A stretch of 64,000 nt of DNA from Desulfobacterales bacterium (GCA_963668645.2 CAXXWC010000015.1:96001-160000), one strand, 5' to 3'; counted from the stretch's first letter, positions 23,211-33,690 are shown. Numbers and translations are program-made. The notes: a model not told the origin generated them from the sequence alone.

Positions 23211-25295
23211 TCAGGCCTTGGCCACCGAAACAAAATGCTCCTGATAGGCCACCGCCCCGCCGGCCGGATCCCAGATCTCTAGCCCTCCGCGCATGAAGCG
23301 GTTGTCGGCCAGCCCACGGCCGAAAGCTCGGGTCTCGACCGGCAGCCGATGGCCGAAGCCGTGCAGCACAAAGACCGCCTCGGGATGGATGGCGTCGGTG
23401 ACCTTGGCCCGGATCCGCTCGGAATAGCCGTTCTGGGATACGCTGACCAAATCGCCGTCCCGGATTCCCACGGTCTCGGCGGCTTGGGTGTTGATCCAGA
23501 GCACATTTTCGGGAAGCTGCTCGAACAACATGGGATTGTTGAGCGTATGTCCCTGGGTGTGGACCGCGCAGCGGCCGAAGGTCAGCCGGAACTGCCCGGC
23601 CGGCGGGGTCGAGCGCGGACTGTACGCTTTGAGCGATTCGAGCCCCCATTCGGTAAGCTTGTCAGAGAAAATTTCGATCTTGCCGCTGGGGGTTTTGAAG
23701 CGCATCTCATCACGGGTTTGATAGACCGCCGCATCACACAGCGGCACCATCCCGGTGGCGCTGAAATCGTCGATCTCCACCCCGGTGCCATTCAACTGAA
23801 AACGCCAGATGTCCTCGATGCGGTCGAAAACCAGATCGTCCAGCCCCAGGCGCCGGGCCAGACCGCTGATGATCTCCCAGCCGGCCCGGCTGTCGTAGCG
23901 CGGCTTGAGGACCTGGCGGCGCATGAAAAAATACGGCCGCAGGCCGTTTTTGCAGGCCATGATGCTGTCGCGTTCCAGGTAGGTGGACAGCGGCAGCACC
24001 ACGTCGGAGAACCAGGCCGTATCCGACCAGCTGAAGGTCACCGACACCAACAGGTCGAGCTTGGAAAAGATCTTCTGCAGCCGGTCGGGATCGGGAAACC
24101 CCATCAACGGGTCGTGGCGGTAGGCGATGTAAGCCTTGACCGGATAAGGATCGTCCGTATCCATGGCCTTAAAGAGCAGATGGGCCAGCCCGGGCCCGGT
24201 CTCGAACTGGGGATAGCGCCATCCGACCCCGTCGGCTCTTTTCTCCTTGGGCTTTGGATAAAGATCCATGAATTTTTTCAACCCCTTGGCCCCCACAGCG
24301 GCAGGGCTGTTGACCAGGGGAAGCCCCCCCTTGGCCCCGTGAGCACCCAGCAGGGCGTTGATAATGTAGATCGAACGGCACACGTAAAAAGAATCGGTGT
24401 AACGGGCTGCCATCCACCCCGGATGCCAGATCACCGAAGGTGCGGCGGCTGCAAGGTCCCGGACCAAGGCGTGGAGTTGATGGGCCGGGATCCCGGTCTG
24501 AGCTTCGGCCCATTCGGGGGTATACGGCTCAACGAAGGTTCGCAGGCGGTCGATGTCGGCGATGAAGCGTTCGGCAAAATCCTGGTCATAGACCCGGCGT
24601 TGGAGGATTTCGCGGATCACGGCCAGGTTGAAGGCGTAGTCGGTACCCGGCCGGATCATCATAAAACGGCCGGCCTTGTATGCCGACACGTTGGCGCGGA
24701 TGTCGATCACCGTCAGACCGCAGCCGTTTTCCATGGCCGCCATCAGGTTGTTGACCTCCTGGACGGCCACGGCTTCGAAGATGTTCCGGAACTGGAGCAC
24801 GACATGGCGTGCATTTTTGAAATCGTAGGCCACCCCTTTGCGGCCCAGGCCGGTGAGCGACAGGTGGGCGTGGTGAATGTTGCGCGCGCAGGATGCATCG
24901 TGGTTGCAGTAGTTGGGCGTGCCCAGGCCGCGCAGGAAAGCCCGGCGGTAATCGCGGAACGGGCCGCCGCGGTCCGACAGGGCCACCGTTTGGGGGCCGT
25001 GGCAATCCATGAGAGTCTTGAGCCGCTCGGCCACATAGTCCAGCGCTTCGTCCCATGAGGCGCGGCGCCACTTGCCCTCGCCGCGCTCTCCCGTGCGGAT
25101 CAAGGGGGTCTGGGGTCTTTCCGAATCATTGACCAGGGCCAGGCCGGCAGCACCGCGTGCGCACAGGGACCCTTCCATTCCGGAAGCATGCGGGTTTCCC
25201 TGGAGCGTCCGCACCTGCCCCCTGGAAACGGTGGCCTGAATGGGGCAACGGACAGTGCACATACCGCAGATACTGTAAATTTCTTTAAGATCCAT
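23211..25295 (-). CDS. bis-PGD molybdopterin oxidoreductase, PhsA/PsrA-like, no Tat signal
   Basis: N-terminal CGMCTVRC...LCARG 4Fe-4S motif, HDASC (putative Cys ligand), DVVLPLSTYLER, KTPSGKIE. Confidence 0.85.
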   Translation of the reverse strand: MDLKEIYSICGMCTVRCPIQATVSRGQVRTLQGNPHASGMEGSLCARGAAGLALVNDSERPQTPLIRTGERGEGKWRRASWDEALDYVAERLKTLMDCHGPQTVALSDRGGPFRDYRRAFLRGLGTPNYCNHDASCARNIHHAHLSLTGLGRKGVAYDFKNARHVVLQFRNIFEAVAVQEVNNLMAAMENGCGLTVIDIRANVSAYKAGRFMMIRPGTDYAFNLAVIREILQRRVYDQDFAERFIADIDRLRTFVEPYTPEWAEAQTGIPAHQLHALVRDLAAAAPSVIWHPGWMAARYTDSFYVCRSIYIINALLGAHGAKGGLPLVNSPAAVGAKGLKKFMDLYPKPKEKRADGVGWRYPQFETGPGLAHLLFKAMDTDDPYPVKAYIAYRHDPLMGFPDPDRLQKIFSKLDLLVSVTFSWSDTAWFSDVVLPLSTYLERDSIMACKNGLRPYFFMRRQVLKPRYDSRAGWEIISGLARRLGLDDLVFDRIEDIWRFQLNGTGVEIDDFSATGMVPLCDAAVYQTRDEMRFKTPSGKIEIFSDKLTEWGLESLKAYSPRSTPPAGQFRLTFGRCAVHTQGHTLNNPMLFEQLPENVLWINTQAAETVGIRDGDLVSVSQNGYSERIRAKVTDAIHPEAVFVLHGFGHRLPVETRAFGRGLADNRFMRGGLEIWDPAGGAVAYQEHFVSVAKA

Positions 25296-25348
25296 ACGCT
25301 TCTCCTTTATCGATTTCGACGGCTCGAAAGAACCGGTCGAGTTTTCGT

Positions 25349-25366
25349 TATGTCAATATTGACACA
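25349..25366. promoter_or_regulatory. Palindromic operator candidate TATGTCA-N4-TGACACA
   Basis: Near-perfect inverted repeat about 55 bp upstream of the molybdopterin oxidoreductase; second copy at 43070. Confidence 0.6.
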
Positions 25367-25801
25367 TCGGCAAGAAATTTTTTTGGCATCCACCAGATCC
25401 TGCTGCTGCTTCACAGACTTTGGGGCGATCGGTTGGCATGGCTCTGCCCGCTAAACGACGAATCTTTCGTCCCAGGGGGCTGAAGACTGCAAAAAGGATC
25501 GATATGAGCAAGGTGTCATGCACGATGTTGTGGCTTTTGGCGAATTTTCCATTGGGCGGATAGGCCCCGATCAAAGATAAAAAATTATGTCATACCCCCC
25601 CCCATAACACAATACAAGCCCGTAAATTCCTACTCGAATCATCCGATTTCTGATACGTACCCCCAACAACCGCAAATGCCACCACAATCTCCACGCCCGC
25701 AGCGGCAAAAGCGGAGGATTCGGTTTTTTGTGGTATGGATCAGGACGGAATCGAAAACGATTCTTTCCGATAGCATCGTTGCCCAAAAAAGGATTACCGA
25801 T

Positions 25802-26176
25802 ATGCCGGGCCAGGACTTTTCCGTCCGCTCGAAGATCTGGATCGTCGATGCCTGCGGGCAGGTGGTATTCGGCCTGGGGCGGCTGAAAATACTCGAAGCG
25901 GTGCAACGCAACGGCTCCATCCAGGCGGCGGCCACTGAATTGAAGATGAGCTACCGGGCCGTCTGGGGCCGGATCAAGGCCACCGAAGAACGCCTCGGCC
26001 AGCCGCTGCTGGTGCGCAACATCGGTGGAGCGGCCGGCGGCGGCTCCTGCCTGACCCCCTTTGCCGAAGCCCTGGTGGAAAGCTTCAAGCAACTGCACCG
26101 GGAGGTTGCCGAAAACGCCGACCGCCGCTTCGCGCGCCAATTCAAGGAGCTGCTGAAACGGTTCGCCACCCCCTGA
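25802..26176 (+). CDS. ModE-like winged-helix regulator (DNA-binding domain only)
   Basis: RSKIWI, FGLGRLKILEAV, GSIQAAA, MSYRAVWGRI, GGGSCLT; no TOBE domains. Confidence 0.88.
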   Translation: MPGQDFSVRSKIWIVDACGQVVFGLGRLKILEAVQRNGSIQAAATELKMSYRAVWGRIKATEERLGQPLLVRNIGGAAGGGSCLTPFAEALVESFKQLHREVAENADRRFARQFKELLKRFATP

Positions 26177-26402
26177 AGGATCACACCCGCCCGATCGCCC
26201 CACCGTTTTTACCCGGAAATTTTCGGTGAACCCGGGATGTTTTCTCCTCCCCGAAGAGCGGAAGCGTTGACCTCGACACAGCGACCCTCCCTTCGATGAC
26301 ATTGAATATCAGTGATGATAGGCGTTCATTGACGGCGGCATAGCCTCCGGAAACTGAATTTCATCTTTTTGGTTTGTTTTAATCATCAAATATGTCGTTT
26401 TT

Positions 26403-26425
26403 ATAACTTAAAATAGCGTTTTAAC
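26403..26425. promoter_or_regulatory. ATAAC-type direct repeats in the AT-rich promoter region of the aldehyde oxidoreductase operon
   Basis: ATAACTTAAAATAGC matches ATAACGTAAAATAAC (46213) at 13 of 15 positions. Confidence 0.45.
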
Positions 26426-26587
26426 AGTACATTACTTTCTTTAATCATTACATTAATTGACTTGACCGGTCATTCTATGCATAGTAGTTACTGGATGTAA
26501 TTTCATGTAATTAACAGGTGGTATTTTCGCTAGCCAATCAACAACTTTCGATACATACCCTAAAATACGTCGCCGGGGTTTCTTCCC

Positions 26588-27613
26588 ATGATCAAAACCA
26601 TCCCCGTCGAGCAGGCCGTCGGCACCGTCCTTTGCCATGACATCACCCGCATCGTACCGGGTCAGAGCAAGGGACCGGCCTACCGAAAAGGGCACATCAT
26701 CACGGCCGAGGACGTACCGGTTCTGCTCAAGATAGGCAAAGAGCACGTCTTTGTGCTGGAAATGCCCCCGGACCACGTCCATGAGGACAAAGCGGCCCGG
26801 AGGCTTGCCGCGGCGGCCGCCGGTCCCGGGATCCGCCTGGACGAGCCTTCCGAGGGAAAAGTCAATCTCATCGCCGAAGCTGACGGTCTGCTTTGCATCA
26901 ACGTGGCGGCCCTCGACGCCCTCAACAGCATCGAAGACGTGGTTTTCGGCACCCTTCACACCCACATCATGGTCAAGGCCGGCCAGCTTGTGGCAGGCAC
27001 CCGGGTCGTACCGCTGATCTTCGAGGAACGCAGACTTTTCGAAGCCGAGAGCCTCTGCCGGCGCCAGGGCCCCATCGTGACGGTCGCACCTTTCCGCAGC
27101 TGGGCGGTGGGCATGGTCACCACCGGCAGTGAAGTCTATCACGGTCGGATCCAGGACGCCTTCGGACCGGCGGTGCGCGTCAAATTCGAGAGTCTCGGCA
27201 GCCGCATTACCCGCCAGATCCTGGTCTCCGACAGTCTGGTCAAGACCGTTGCCGCCATCAAGGAGCTGATCGCCGAAGGGGCCGAGATGGTGGTGCTCAC
27301 CGGCGGCATGTCAGTGGATCCGGACGACCAGACCCCGGCAAGCATTCGGGCCACCGGAGCCGAGGTGATCAGTTACGGGGCCCCGGTTTTCCCCGGTGCC
27401 ATGTTCATGCTGGCCTATCTGGGAGACGTGCCCATTCTGGGGTTGCCCGGCTGCGTGATGTACTACCAGGCGTCGATTTTTGACCTGATCGTGCCGCGCC
27501 TGCTTGCCGGCCAACGCATCATGCGCCGGGATATCGTGGCGCTGGGCCACGGAGGGTTCTGCGCCGGGTGCGCCGCCTGCCGCTACCCGGTCTGCGGTTT
27601 CGGCAAGAACTGA
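26588..27613 (+). CDS. Molybdopterin-binding protein (MoeA/MogA-like) with C-terminal Cys cluster
   Basis: LCHDITRI, TTGSEV, TGGMSVDPDD, PGAM, GLPGC, C-terminal CxxCxxCxxxxCGFGK. Confidence 0.85.
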   Translation: MIKTIPVEQAVGTVLCHDITRIVPGQSKGPAYRKGHIITAEDVPVLLKIGKEHVFVLEMPPDHVHEDKAARRLAAAAAGPGIRLDEPSEGKVNLIAEADGLLCINVAALDALNSIEDVVFGTLHTHIMVKAGQLVAGTRVVPLIFEERRLFEAESLCRRQGPIVTVAPFRSWAVGMVTTGSEVYHGRIQDAFGPAVRVKFESLGSRITRQILVSDSLVKTVAAIKELIAEGAEMVVLTGGMSVDPDDQTPASIRATGAEVISYGAPVFPGAMFMLAYLGDVPILGLPGCVMYYQASIFDLIVPRLLAGQRIMRRDIVALGHGGFCAGCAACRYPVCGFGKN

Positions 27614-27678
27614 CTTCCATCCGGCACTCGACAGGTGCCGCCCGTCCCTTCAAACCCATCGACCAAAGGGGGAATGCA

Positions 27679-30396
27679 ATGATTTCCAAGGTTGTCCATT
27701 TAAACGGCAGTCCCAAGACGCTCATTGCACCGGCCGATGCGACTCTGGCCACCGTGCTGCGCGAACAGCTCGGCCTGACCGGCACCAAGGTCGGCTGCGG
27801 CCAGGGCCAGTGCGGCGCCTGCAGCGTAATCCTGGACGGTAAACTGGTCCGCTCCTGCGTCACCAAGTTGTCGCGGGTAAACGAGGGGGCCGCCATCACC
27901 ACCATCGAGGGGATTGGAACGCCGGATCACCTCCATCCACTGCAGCTCGCCTGGATCGCCCACGGGGGGGCCCAGTGCGGTTTTTGCAGCCCGGGCTTTA
28001 TCGTCTCGGCCAAGGCCCTGCTCGACGAAAAACCCAACCCCTCACGGGACGAAATCCGCGACTGGTTTCAGAAACACCGCAACGCCTGCCGCTGCACCGG
28101 CTACAAACAGCTCGTGGATGCGGTCACCGACGCGGCCAAGGTACTGCGCGGTGAAATGAGCGCCGACGAACTCGTCTTCAAGGTCCCGGCGGACAACCGC
28201 ATCTGGGGTACCAAGTATCCGCGCCCCACTGCGGTGGCCAAGGTAACCGGGACCCTGGACTACGGCGGCGATCTGGGCCTCAAGCTGCCCGACGACGCGC
28301 TCCACCTGGCCCTGGTCCAGGCTGAGGTGTCCCACGCCAACATCCGGGGCGTCGACACCAGCGAGGCGGAAAAGATGCCCGGGGTTTTCAAGGTCGTCAC
28401 CTGCAAGGACGTCAAGGGCAAAAACCGCATCACCGGCTTGATCACCTTCCCCACCAACAAGGGTGACGGCTGGGATCGGCCGATCCTGTGCGACGAGAAA
28501 GTCTTCCAGTACGGCGATGCCATCGCCATCGTCTGCGCCGACTCGGCGGCCAACGCCAAGGCGGCCGCAGCCAAGGTCAAGGTCGACCTGGAACCGCTGC
28601 CAGCCTACATGAGCGCACCGGCGGCCATGGCCGACGACGCCATCGAAATCCACCCGGGCACCCCCAACGTCTACTACACCCAGAAGATCGCCAAGGGACC
28701 CGAGACCCAACCGATCTTCGATCAGGCCGCCGTGGTGGTCGAAGACGACTTTTATGTGGGGCGCCAGCCGCACATGCCCATCGAGCCGGACGTCGGTTTT
28801 GCCTACCAGAACAAAGACGGCCAGCTCGTGATCCATTCCAAGTCCATCGGGCTGCACCTGCATGCAGCCATGATCGCCCCTGGCCTGGGGGTCGAGTTGG
28901 ACAAGCTGGTCATGGTGCAGAACCCGGCCGGCGGCACCTTCGGCTACAAGTTCAGCCCCACCATGGAGGCCCTGGTGGGCGCGGCCTGCCTGGCCACCGG
29001 GCGGCCGGTCTTTTTATGCTACGACTATCAGCAGCAGATGGCCTACACCGGTAAACGGTCGCCGTTTTTCGTCAACATGCGAATGGCCGCCGACCCGGAC
29101 GGCAAACTACTCGCCATGGAAACCGACTGGTCAGTGGACCATGGCCCCTACTCAGAGTTCGGCGATCTGCTCACCTTGCGCGGGGCCCAGTTCATGGGCT
29201 CCGGCTACGATATCCCGTCCATCCGCGGCGAGGGGCGTACCGTGTGCACCAACCACGCCTGGGGTTCTGCCTTCCGGGCCTACGGCGCACCCCAGAGCGA
29301 GTTCTCCTCGGAAGTGCTGATGGACGAGCTGGCCGAAAAACTCGGCATGGATCCGCTGGAGCTGCGCTACAAGAACGTCTACCGGCCCGGGGCCACCTCA
29401 CCCACCGGCCAGGCACCTGAGGTCTACTCGCTTCCTGAAATGATCGACCTGCTGCGGCCCAGGTACCAGGCGGCTCTGGCCAAGGCCAAGGCCGAATCGG
29501 CCAACGGGATCAAGAAGGGGGTCGGCATATCCGTGGGGGTCTACGGCTGCGGTCTGGACGGCCCGGACGGTTCCGAGGCCTGGCTTGAACTCAACCCAGA
29601 CGACACGGTGACGGTCTACTCCTGCTGGGAGGACCACGGCCAGGGAGCCGACGCCGGATCCCTCGGCACGGCCTTCGAGGCGCTGCGGGTCACCGGACTG
29701 CCCCCGGACAAGGTGCGGCTGGTGATGAACGACACCAGCAAGGCTCCGGCCTCGGGACCGGCGGGCGGCAGCCGTTCCCAGGTGGTCACCGGCCAGGCGA
29801 TCAAAAACGGCGCCGAGGCCCTGGTGGCCGCCATGAAAAAGCCGGACGGCTCCTACCGCACCTATGCCGAGATGCAGGCCGACAAGATTCCCACCCGCTA
29901 CACCGGCAAATGGACCGCCCCGGCGAGCAACTGCGACGAAAACAGCCAGGGCGCCCCCTTTTCCGTTTACATGTACGGGGTGTTCATGGCCGAGGTGGCC
30001 GTTGAAGCGGCCAGCGGCAAGACCAGTGTGGAGAAGATGACCCTGGTGGCCGACGTGGGCCAGATCAACAACCGCCTGGTGGTGGACGGCCAGCTTTACG
30101 GCGGCATGGCCCAGGGCATAGGCCTGGCCCTGACCGAAGACTACGAGGATCTCAAAAAGCACTCGACCCTGGCCGGAGCGGGCTTTCCCTACATCAAGCA
30201 GATCCCCGACGACATGGAGCTGATCTACGTCGAGAGCCCGCGCCCCGCAGGACCTTTCGGCGCCGGCGGAGTGGGCGAGCTGCCCCTGACCAGCCCTCAC
30301 GCGGCGGTGATCAACGCCATCAACAATGCCTGCGGCGCCAGGGTGACCCGGCTTCCGGCCCTGCCGGAAAAAGTGCTGGCCGCCATGCCGAAGTAG
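27679..30396 (+). CDS. mop: Molybdopterin-dependent aldehyde oxidoreductase (single-chain xanthine oxidase family, MOP-type)
   Basis: GCGQGQCGAC and QCGFC...CRC 2Fe-2S motifs, GGTFGYK, AFRAYG, GPAGGSRS, GVGE. Confidence 0.93.
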   Translation: MISKVVHLNGSPKTLIAPADATLATVLREQLGLTGTKVGCGQGQCGACSVILDGKLVRSCVTKLSRVNEGAAITTIEGIGTPDHLHPLQLAWIAHGGAQCGFCSPGFIVSAKALLDEKPNPSRDEIRDWFQKHRNACRCTGYKQLVDAVTDAAKVLRGEMSADELVFKVPADNRIWGTKYPRPTAVAKVTGTLDYGGDLGLKLPDDALHLALVQAEVSHANIRGVDTSEAEKMPGVFKVVTCKDVKGKNRITGLITFPTNKGDGWDRPILCDEKVFQYGDAIAIVCADSAANAKAAAAKVKVDLEPLPAYMSAPAAMADDAIEIHPGTPNVYYTQKIAKGPETQPIFDQAAVVVEDDFYVGRQPHMPIEPDVGFAYQNKDGQLVIHSKSIGLHLHAAMIAPGLGVELDKLVMVQNPAGGTFGYKFSPTMEALVGAACLATGRPVFLCYDYQQQMAYTGKRSPFFVNMRMAADPDGKLLAMETDWSVDHGPYSEFGDLLTLRGAQFMGSGYDIPSIRGEGRTVCTNHAWGSAFRAYGAPQSEFSSEVLMDELAEKLGMDPLELRYKNVYRPGATSPTGQAPEVYSLPEMIDLLRPRYQAALAKAKAESANGIKKGVGISVGVYGCGLDGPDGSEAWLELNPDDTVTVYSCWEDHGQGADAGSLGTAFEALRVTGLPPDKVRLVMNDTSKAPASGPAGGSRSQVVTGQAIKNGAEALVAAMKKPDGSYRTYAEMQADKIPTRYTGKWTAPASNCDENSQGAPFSVYMYGVFMAEVAVEAASGKTSVEKMTLVADVGQINNRLVVDGQLYGGMAQGIGLALTEDYEDLKKHSTLAGAGFPYIKQIPDDMELIYVESPRPAGPFGAGGVGELPLTSPHAAVINAINNACGARVTRLPALPEKVLAAMPK

Positions 30397-30417
30397 CAGT
30401 GCAGTGACTCTGTCCAA

Positions 30418-30459
30418 GAAAGGCGAACCCGCGGGACATCATCGCCGGGTTCGCCTTTC
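30418..30459 (+). terminator. Strong hairpin after mop (leaky terminator or mRNA stabiliser)
   Basis: Perfect 14-bp stem GAAAGGCGAACCCG/CGGGTTCGCCTTTC with only a short U run. Confidence 0.65.
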
Positions 30460-30483
30460 CCGGTTCAATCGCTTCCTTTTATC

Positions 30484-32745
30484 ATGGACCAACAAACCCT
30501 TCGCGATCTGGAACGCCGCTGCATCCAGGAGGAGCCACCCCCTTGCCGGGCGGCCTGCCCACTGCATGTCGACGCCCGTACCCTGACCGGCTGCATCGCC
30601 GCCGGCGACTGGGCCGGTGCCTGGCGGGTGCTGCGCCGGACCATGCCGCTGGCACCCGTTCTGGGGCGGATCTGCGATGCCCCCTGTGAAACGGAATGCA
30701 AGCGCACCGGGGCTGGAGGGGCAATCCGCATCGGCGCCCTGGAACGGGCCTGCGTGCAAACGCCCGAGCCCTCAGCGCCCCGGCCGTTGCGGCCGCCGGA
30801 CCGCGACCGGTCGGTGGCCGTCTGCGGCAGCGGACTCGCCGGTCTGACGGCCGCCTGGGACCTTGCCCGCAAAGGCTGGCGGGTGGAAATCTTCGAGCCG
30901 GGAGGGCACCTCGGTGCACCGCTGTCAGGATTCGATACCGAACTTCTCCCGCCGCAGGTCGTGGCAGCCGAGGCAGCCGCGGTCGGCAGGCTGCTGCGGG
31001 CGGTCCATCTCGAGGCCGACTTCGGCCCGTCTTCGGCCCCGGCCGATATCCGCCAGCGCTTTGATGCCGTTTTTCTCGATCTTGGAGTGGTGGCTCCGGG
31101 CCCTTGGGGGACCATCGATGAGACGTCCGGCCTGTTTACCGGCGGAAAGGACGATTCCCCGGTGATCCAGGCCGCCCAAGGACGCTGGGCCGCCACCGCC
31201 ATCGACCGCTTCCTGCAAGAGGTCTCTATCACCGCCGGCCGGGAAGGTGAAGGCCCCCGGGGGACACGGCTTTTCGTCAACCTGGATGGCGTATCCTTGG
31301 CGCAGCCCGTGGCCATGGCCGATCCGCAAGCCGGCTTCAGCCCGGAAGAGGCCGTGCGCGAGGCAGAACGCTGCCTCCAGTGCCAATGCCTCGAATGCGT
31401 CAAGGTCTGCGCCTATCTCGAACACTTCAAGGCCTACCCGCGCACGTACGCCCGCGAAATCTACAACAACGCCGCCATCGTCATGGGCGCCCGCCAGGCC
31501 AACCGTCTGATCAACAGTTGCAGCCTCTGCGGACTGTGCGAAGAAGTCTGCCCCGAAGACTTCGCCATGGCCGAGCTCTGCCTGAAAGCCCGCCAGCACA
31601 TGGTGGACCGGGGCAGGATGCCTCCCTCGGCCCATGAGTTTGCCCTGCTGGACATGGAATTCAGCCTCAGTGACCGCTTCGCCCTGGCCCGCCATGCCCC
31701 GGGCAGCGACCGCAGCACCCATCTCTTTTTCCCCGGCTGCCAGCTCTGCGCTTCGGCCCCTGAACAGATCCGGCCGGTATACGACTATTTGCGCCGCAGC
31801 CTGGACGGTCCGGTGGGATTGATGCTCGGCTGCTGCGGCGCCCCGGCCCACTGGGCCGGCCGCAGGGCCCTATACGAGGGCGTGCGCGCCGACTGGCAAC
31901 GCCAGTGGGAAACGATGGGACGCCCTGAGCTTATCCTGGCCTGCGCCACCTGCCTGGACATGTTCGGCGAGCACCTGCCCGAGGTGCCGGTGCGATCCTT
32001 GTGGCAGGTCATGGCCGATAAGCCGCTGCCGTCCGCCGGCGCCAGTCTTGTCGCAGGCCCCCTGGCGGTTCACGACCCCTGCACCACCCGCCGCCTGCCG
32101 GCCGTGCAGCAGGCGGTGCGCCGCATCCTGGCAGGTTATGGAATGGCAACGGTGGAACTCGATCTTGGCCGCGAGCGGACCGAGTGCTGCGGATTCGGCG
32201 GCCTGATGCAAAACGCCAATCCCCCGCTGGCCGCCGAAACGGTCCAGCGCCGGGCCCAACGCAGCCCCCACGACTATCTGGCCTACTGCGCCATGTGCCG
32301 CGACAACCTGGCCAGCACCGGCAAGCGGGCCGTTCACCTGCTCGATCTTTATTTCCCGCCGGCAGGCGCCACCGATCCGGCCGCCCGGCCCCGTCCGGGG
32401 TGGTCCCGGCGCCGTGACCACCGCGAGTGGCTGCGCCGCGAACTGCTTGAAACACTCTGGCACGAAGAGGTCGACCTTATGGAAGACTATCGCCGACTGA
32501 CTCTCGAGATGGATGCAGAGGTCCGCGAACGACTCGAATCGCGCCGCATCCTCATCGAGGACCTGCAGCAGGTCATCCATCAAGCCGAAGCCACCGGCCA
32601 GTCTCTGGTCCACCCGGACAGCGGCCGGATCAAGGCGGCCCGCCGCCTGGGCCGCGTCACCTTCTGGGTCGAGTACGCCCCGGCCGGAGAGGATCGCTAC
32701 GCGGTCTTCAACGCCTACAGCCATCGCATGGAGGTGGTTCGCTGA
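30484..32745 (+). CDS. Pyridine nucleotide-disulfide oxidoreductase/Fe-S dicluster/CCG fusion protein
   Basis: GltD-like CRAACP...GRICDAPC, GSGLAG, CLQCQCLECVKVC, CSLCGLCEEVC, CCG motifs. Confidence 0.85.
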   Translation: MDQQTLRDLERRCIQEEPPPCRAACPLHVDARTLTGCIAAGDWAGAWRVLRRTMPLAPVLGRICDAPCETECKRTGAGGAIRIGALERACVQTPEPSAPRPLRPPDRDRSVAVCGSGLAGLTAAWDLARKGWRVEIFEPGGHLGAPLSGFDTELLPPQVVAAEAAAVGRLLRAVHLEADFGPSSAPADIRQRFDAVFLDLGVVAPGPWGTIDETSGLFTGGKDDSPVIQAAQGRWAATAIDRFLQEVSITAGREGEGPRGTRLFVNLDGVSLAQPVAMADPQAGFSPEEAVREAERCLQCQCLECVKVCAYLEHFKAYPRTYAREIYNNAAIVMGARQANRLINSCSLCGLCEEVCPEDFAMAELCLKARQHMVDRGRMPPSAHEFALLDMEFSLSDRFALARHAPGSDRSTHLFFPGCQLCASAPEQIRPVYDYLRRSLDGPVGLMLGCCGAPAHWAGRRALYEGVRADWQRQWETMGRPELILACATCLDMFGEHLPEVPVRSLWQVMADKPLPSAGASLVAGPLAVHDPCTTRRLPAVQQAVRRILAGYGMATVELDLGRERTECCGFGGLMQNANPPLAAETVQRRAQRSPHDYLAYCAMCRDNLASTGKRAVHLLDLYFPPAGATDPAARPRPGWSRRRDHREWLRRELLETLWHEEVDLMEDYRRLTLEMDAEVRERLESRRILIEDLQQVIHQAEATGQSLVHPDSGRIKAARRLGRVTFWVEYAPAGEDRYAVFNAYSHRMEVVR

Positions 32746-32957
32746 TGAAAGAGCGCTTTACCGGTCCGCAAGACCTGGGCTGGAAGTGCCGCCGCTGCGA
32801 CGTGCCCCTGGAGATCAGGCCGGTCACCATGGCCTACATGGACCAGGAATTCAGCGCGGAGCTGGCCCGCTGCCCGCGCTGCGGGTTTGTTCTGGTCAGC
32901 GAACAGCTGGCCCTGGGCAAGATGGCCGAGGTGGAACAGATATTGGAAGACAAATAA
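32745..32957 (+). CDS. Small CxxC...CxxC redox/zinc-ribbon protein (DVU_1557-like)
   Basis: WKCRRC, CPRCG, C-terminal EVEQILEDK; TGATG overlap with the upstream gene. Confidence 0.8.
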   Translation: MKERFTGPQDLGWKCRRCDVPLEIRPVTMAYMDQEFSAELARCPRCGFVLVSEQLALGKMAEVEQILEDK

Positions 32958-32978
32958 GCCGTCGGACATTTTTTGGCC

Positions 32979-33677
32979 ATGCCACCGAACCGTTCTATCC
33001 CGGACCATGACGGTCGGCCGAATTCTTACGAATCGCCCGCTTTGCGCGCCGTTACGGGTCCGACCCTCCGGCCCGGCGGGTTGGATCTGACCCGCCGCGC
33101 CGTTTCGTTCTGCCGCCCCCCGGCCGGGGCCCGGATCCTGGACATCGGCTGCGGGCTGGCAGCCACCGTGGCCTGGCTGCACGAGCAGGGATGGACCGGA
33201 GCCGTAGGCCTCGATCGCTCATCGCTGCTTTTGGCCGGGCGCGATCCTCTGCATGCCGGGCTGCCCCTGGTCCAGGCCGATGCCGTGCATCTCCCTTTTG
33301 CCGGCCGGTGCTTCGATCTGGTGCTGGCCGAATGCGTGCTCTCACTGATGGCCGAACCGGCACGGATGCTGGCCGAATGCCGCCGGGTGATGACGGCCGG
33401 CGCGAGCCTGGTGATAACGGATCTTTACCGCAAGGGGAGCTGGATCGCCGTGCCGCAAGAGCGCCACTCCTCTTACGGATGCCTGTCCGGGGCCTGCTCC
33501 AGAGCGCAAATGGAGGAACTGGCAGGCCGGGCGAAATTCGAAGCGACGATTTGGGAGGACCACAGCCACCGGCTTAGACGCCTGGCCGCGGATCTGGTCT
33601 GGTCCGGTGGATCACTGACTTCTTTACGGCCTGAGGGTGCCGGACGGCTCGGATTCTGCCTCACCGTCTGGCGCTGA
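32979..33677 (+). CDS. Class I SAM methyltransferase (DVU_1556-like)
   Basis: TLRPGGLDLT, LDIGCG, LAECVLS, GCLSGA, WEDHS. Confidence 0.85.
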   Translation: MPPNRSIPDHDGRPNSYESPALRAVTGPTLRPGGLDLTRRAVSFCRPPAGARILDIGCGLAATVAWLHEQGWTGAVGLDRSSLLLAGRDPLHAGLPLVQADAVHLPFAGRCFDLVLAECVLSLMAEPARMLAECRRVMTAGASLVITDLYRKGSWIAVPQERHSSYGCLSGACSRAQMEELAGRAKFEATIWEDHSHRLRRLAADLVWSGGSLTSLRPEGAGRLGFCLTVWR

Positions 33678-33690
33678 AAGGATCTTGACC

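Noticed and set aside
33675..33677. TGA ending the methyltransferase as possible Sec
   Set aside because: Not at a Cys-like position, no evident SECIS, and the next gene starts 13 bp later
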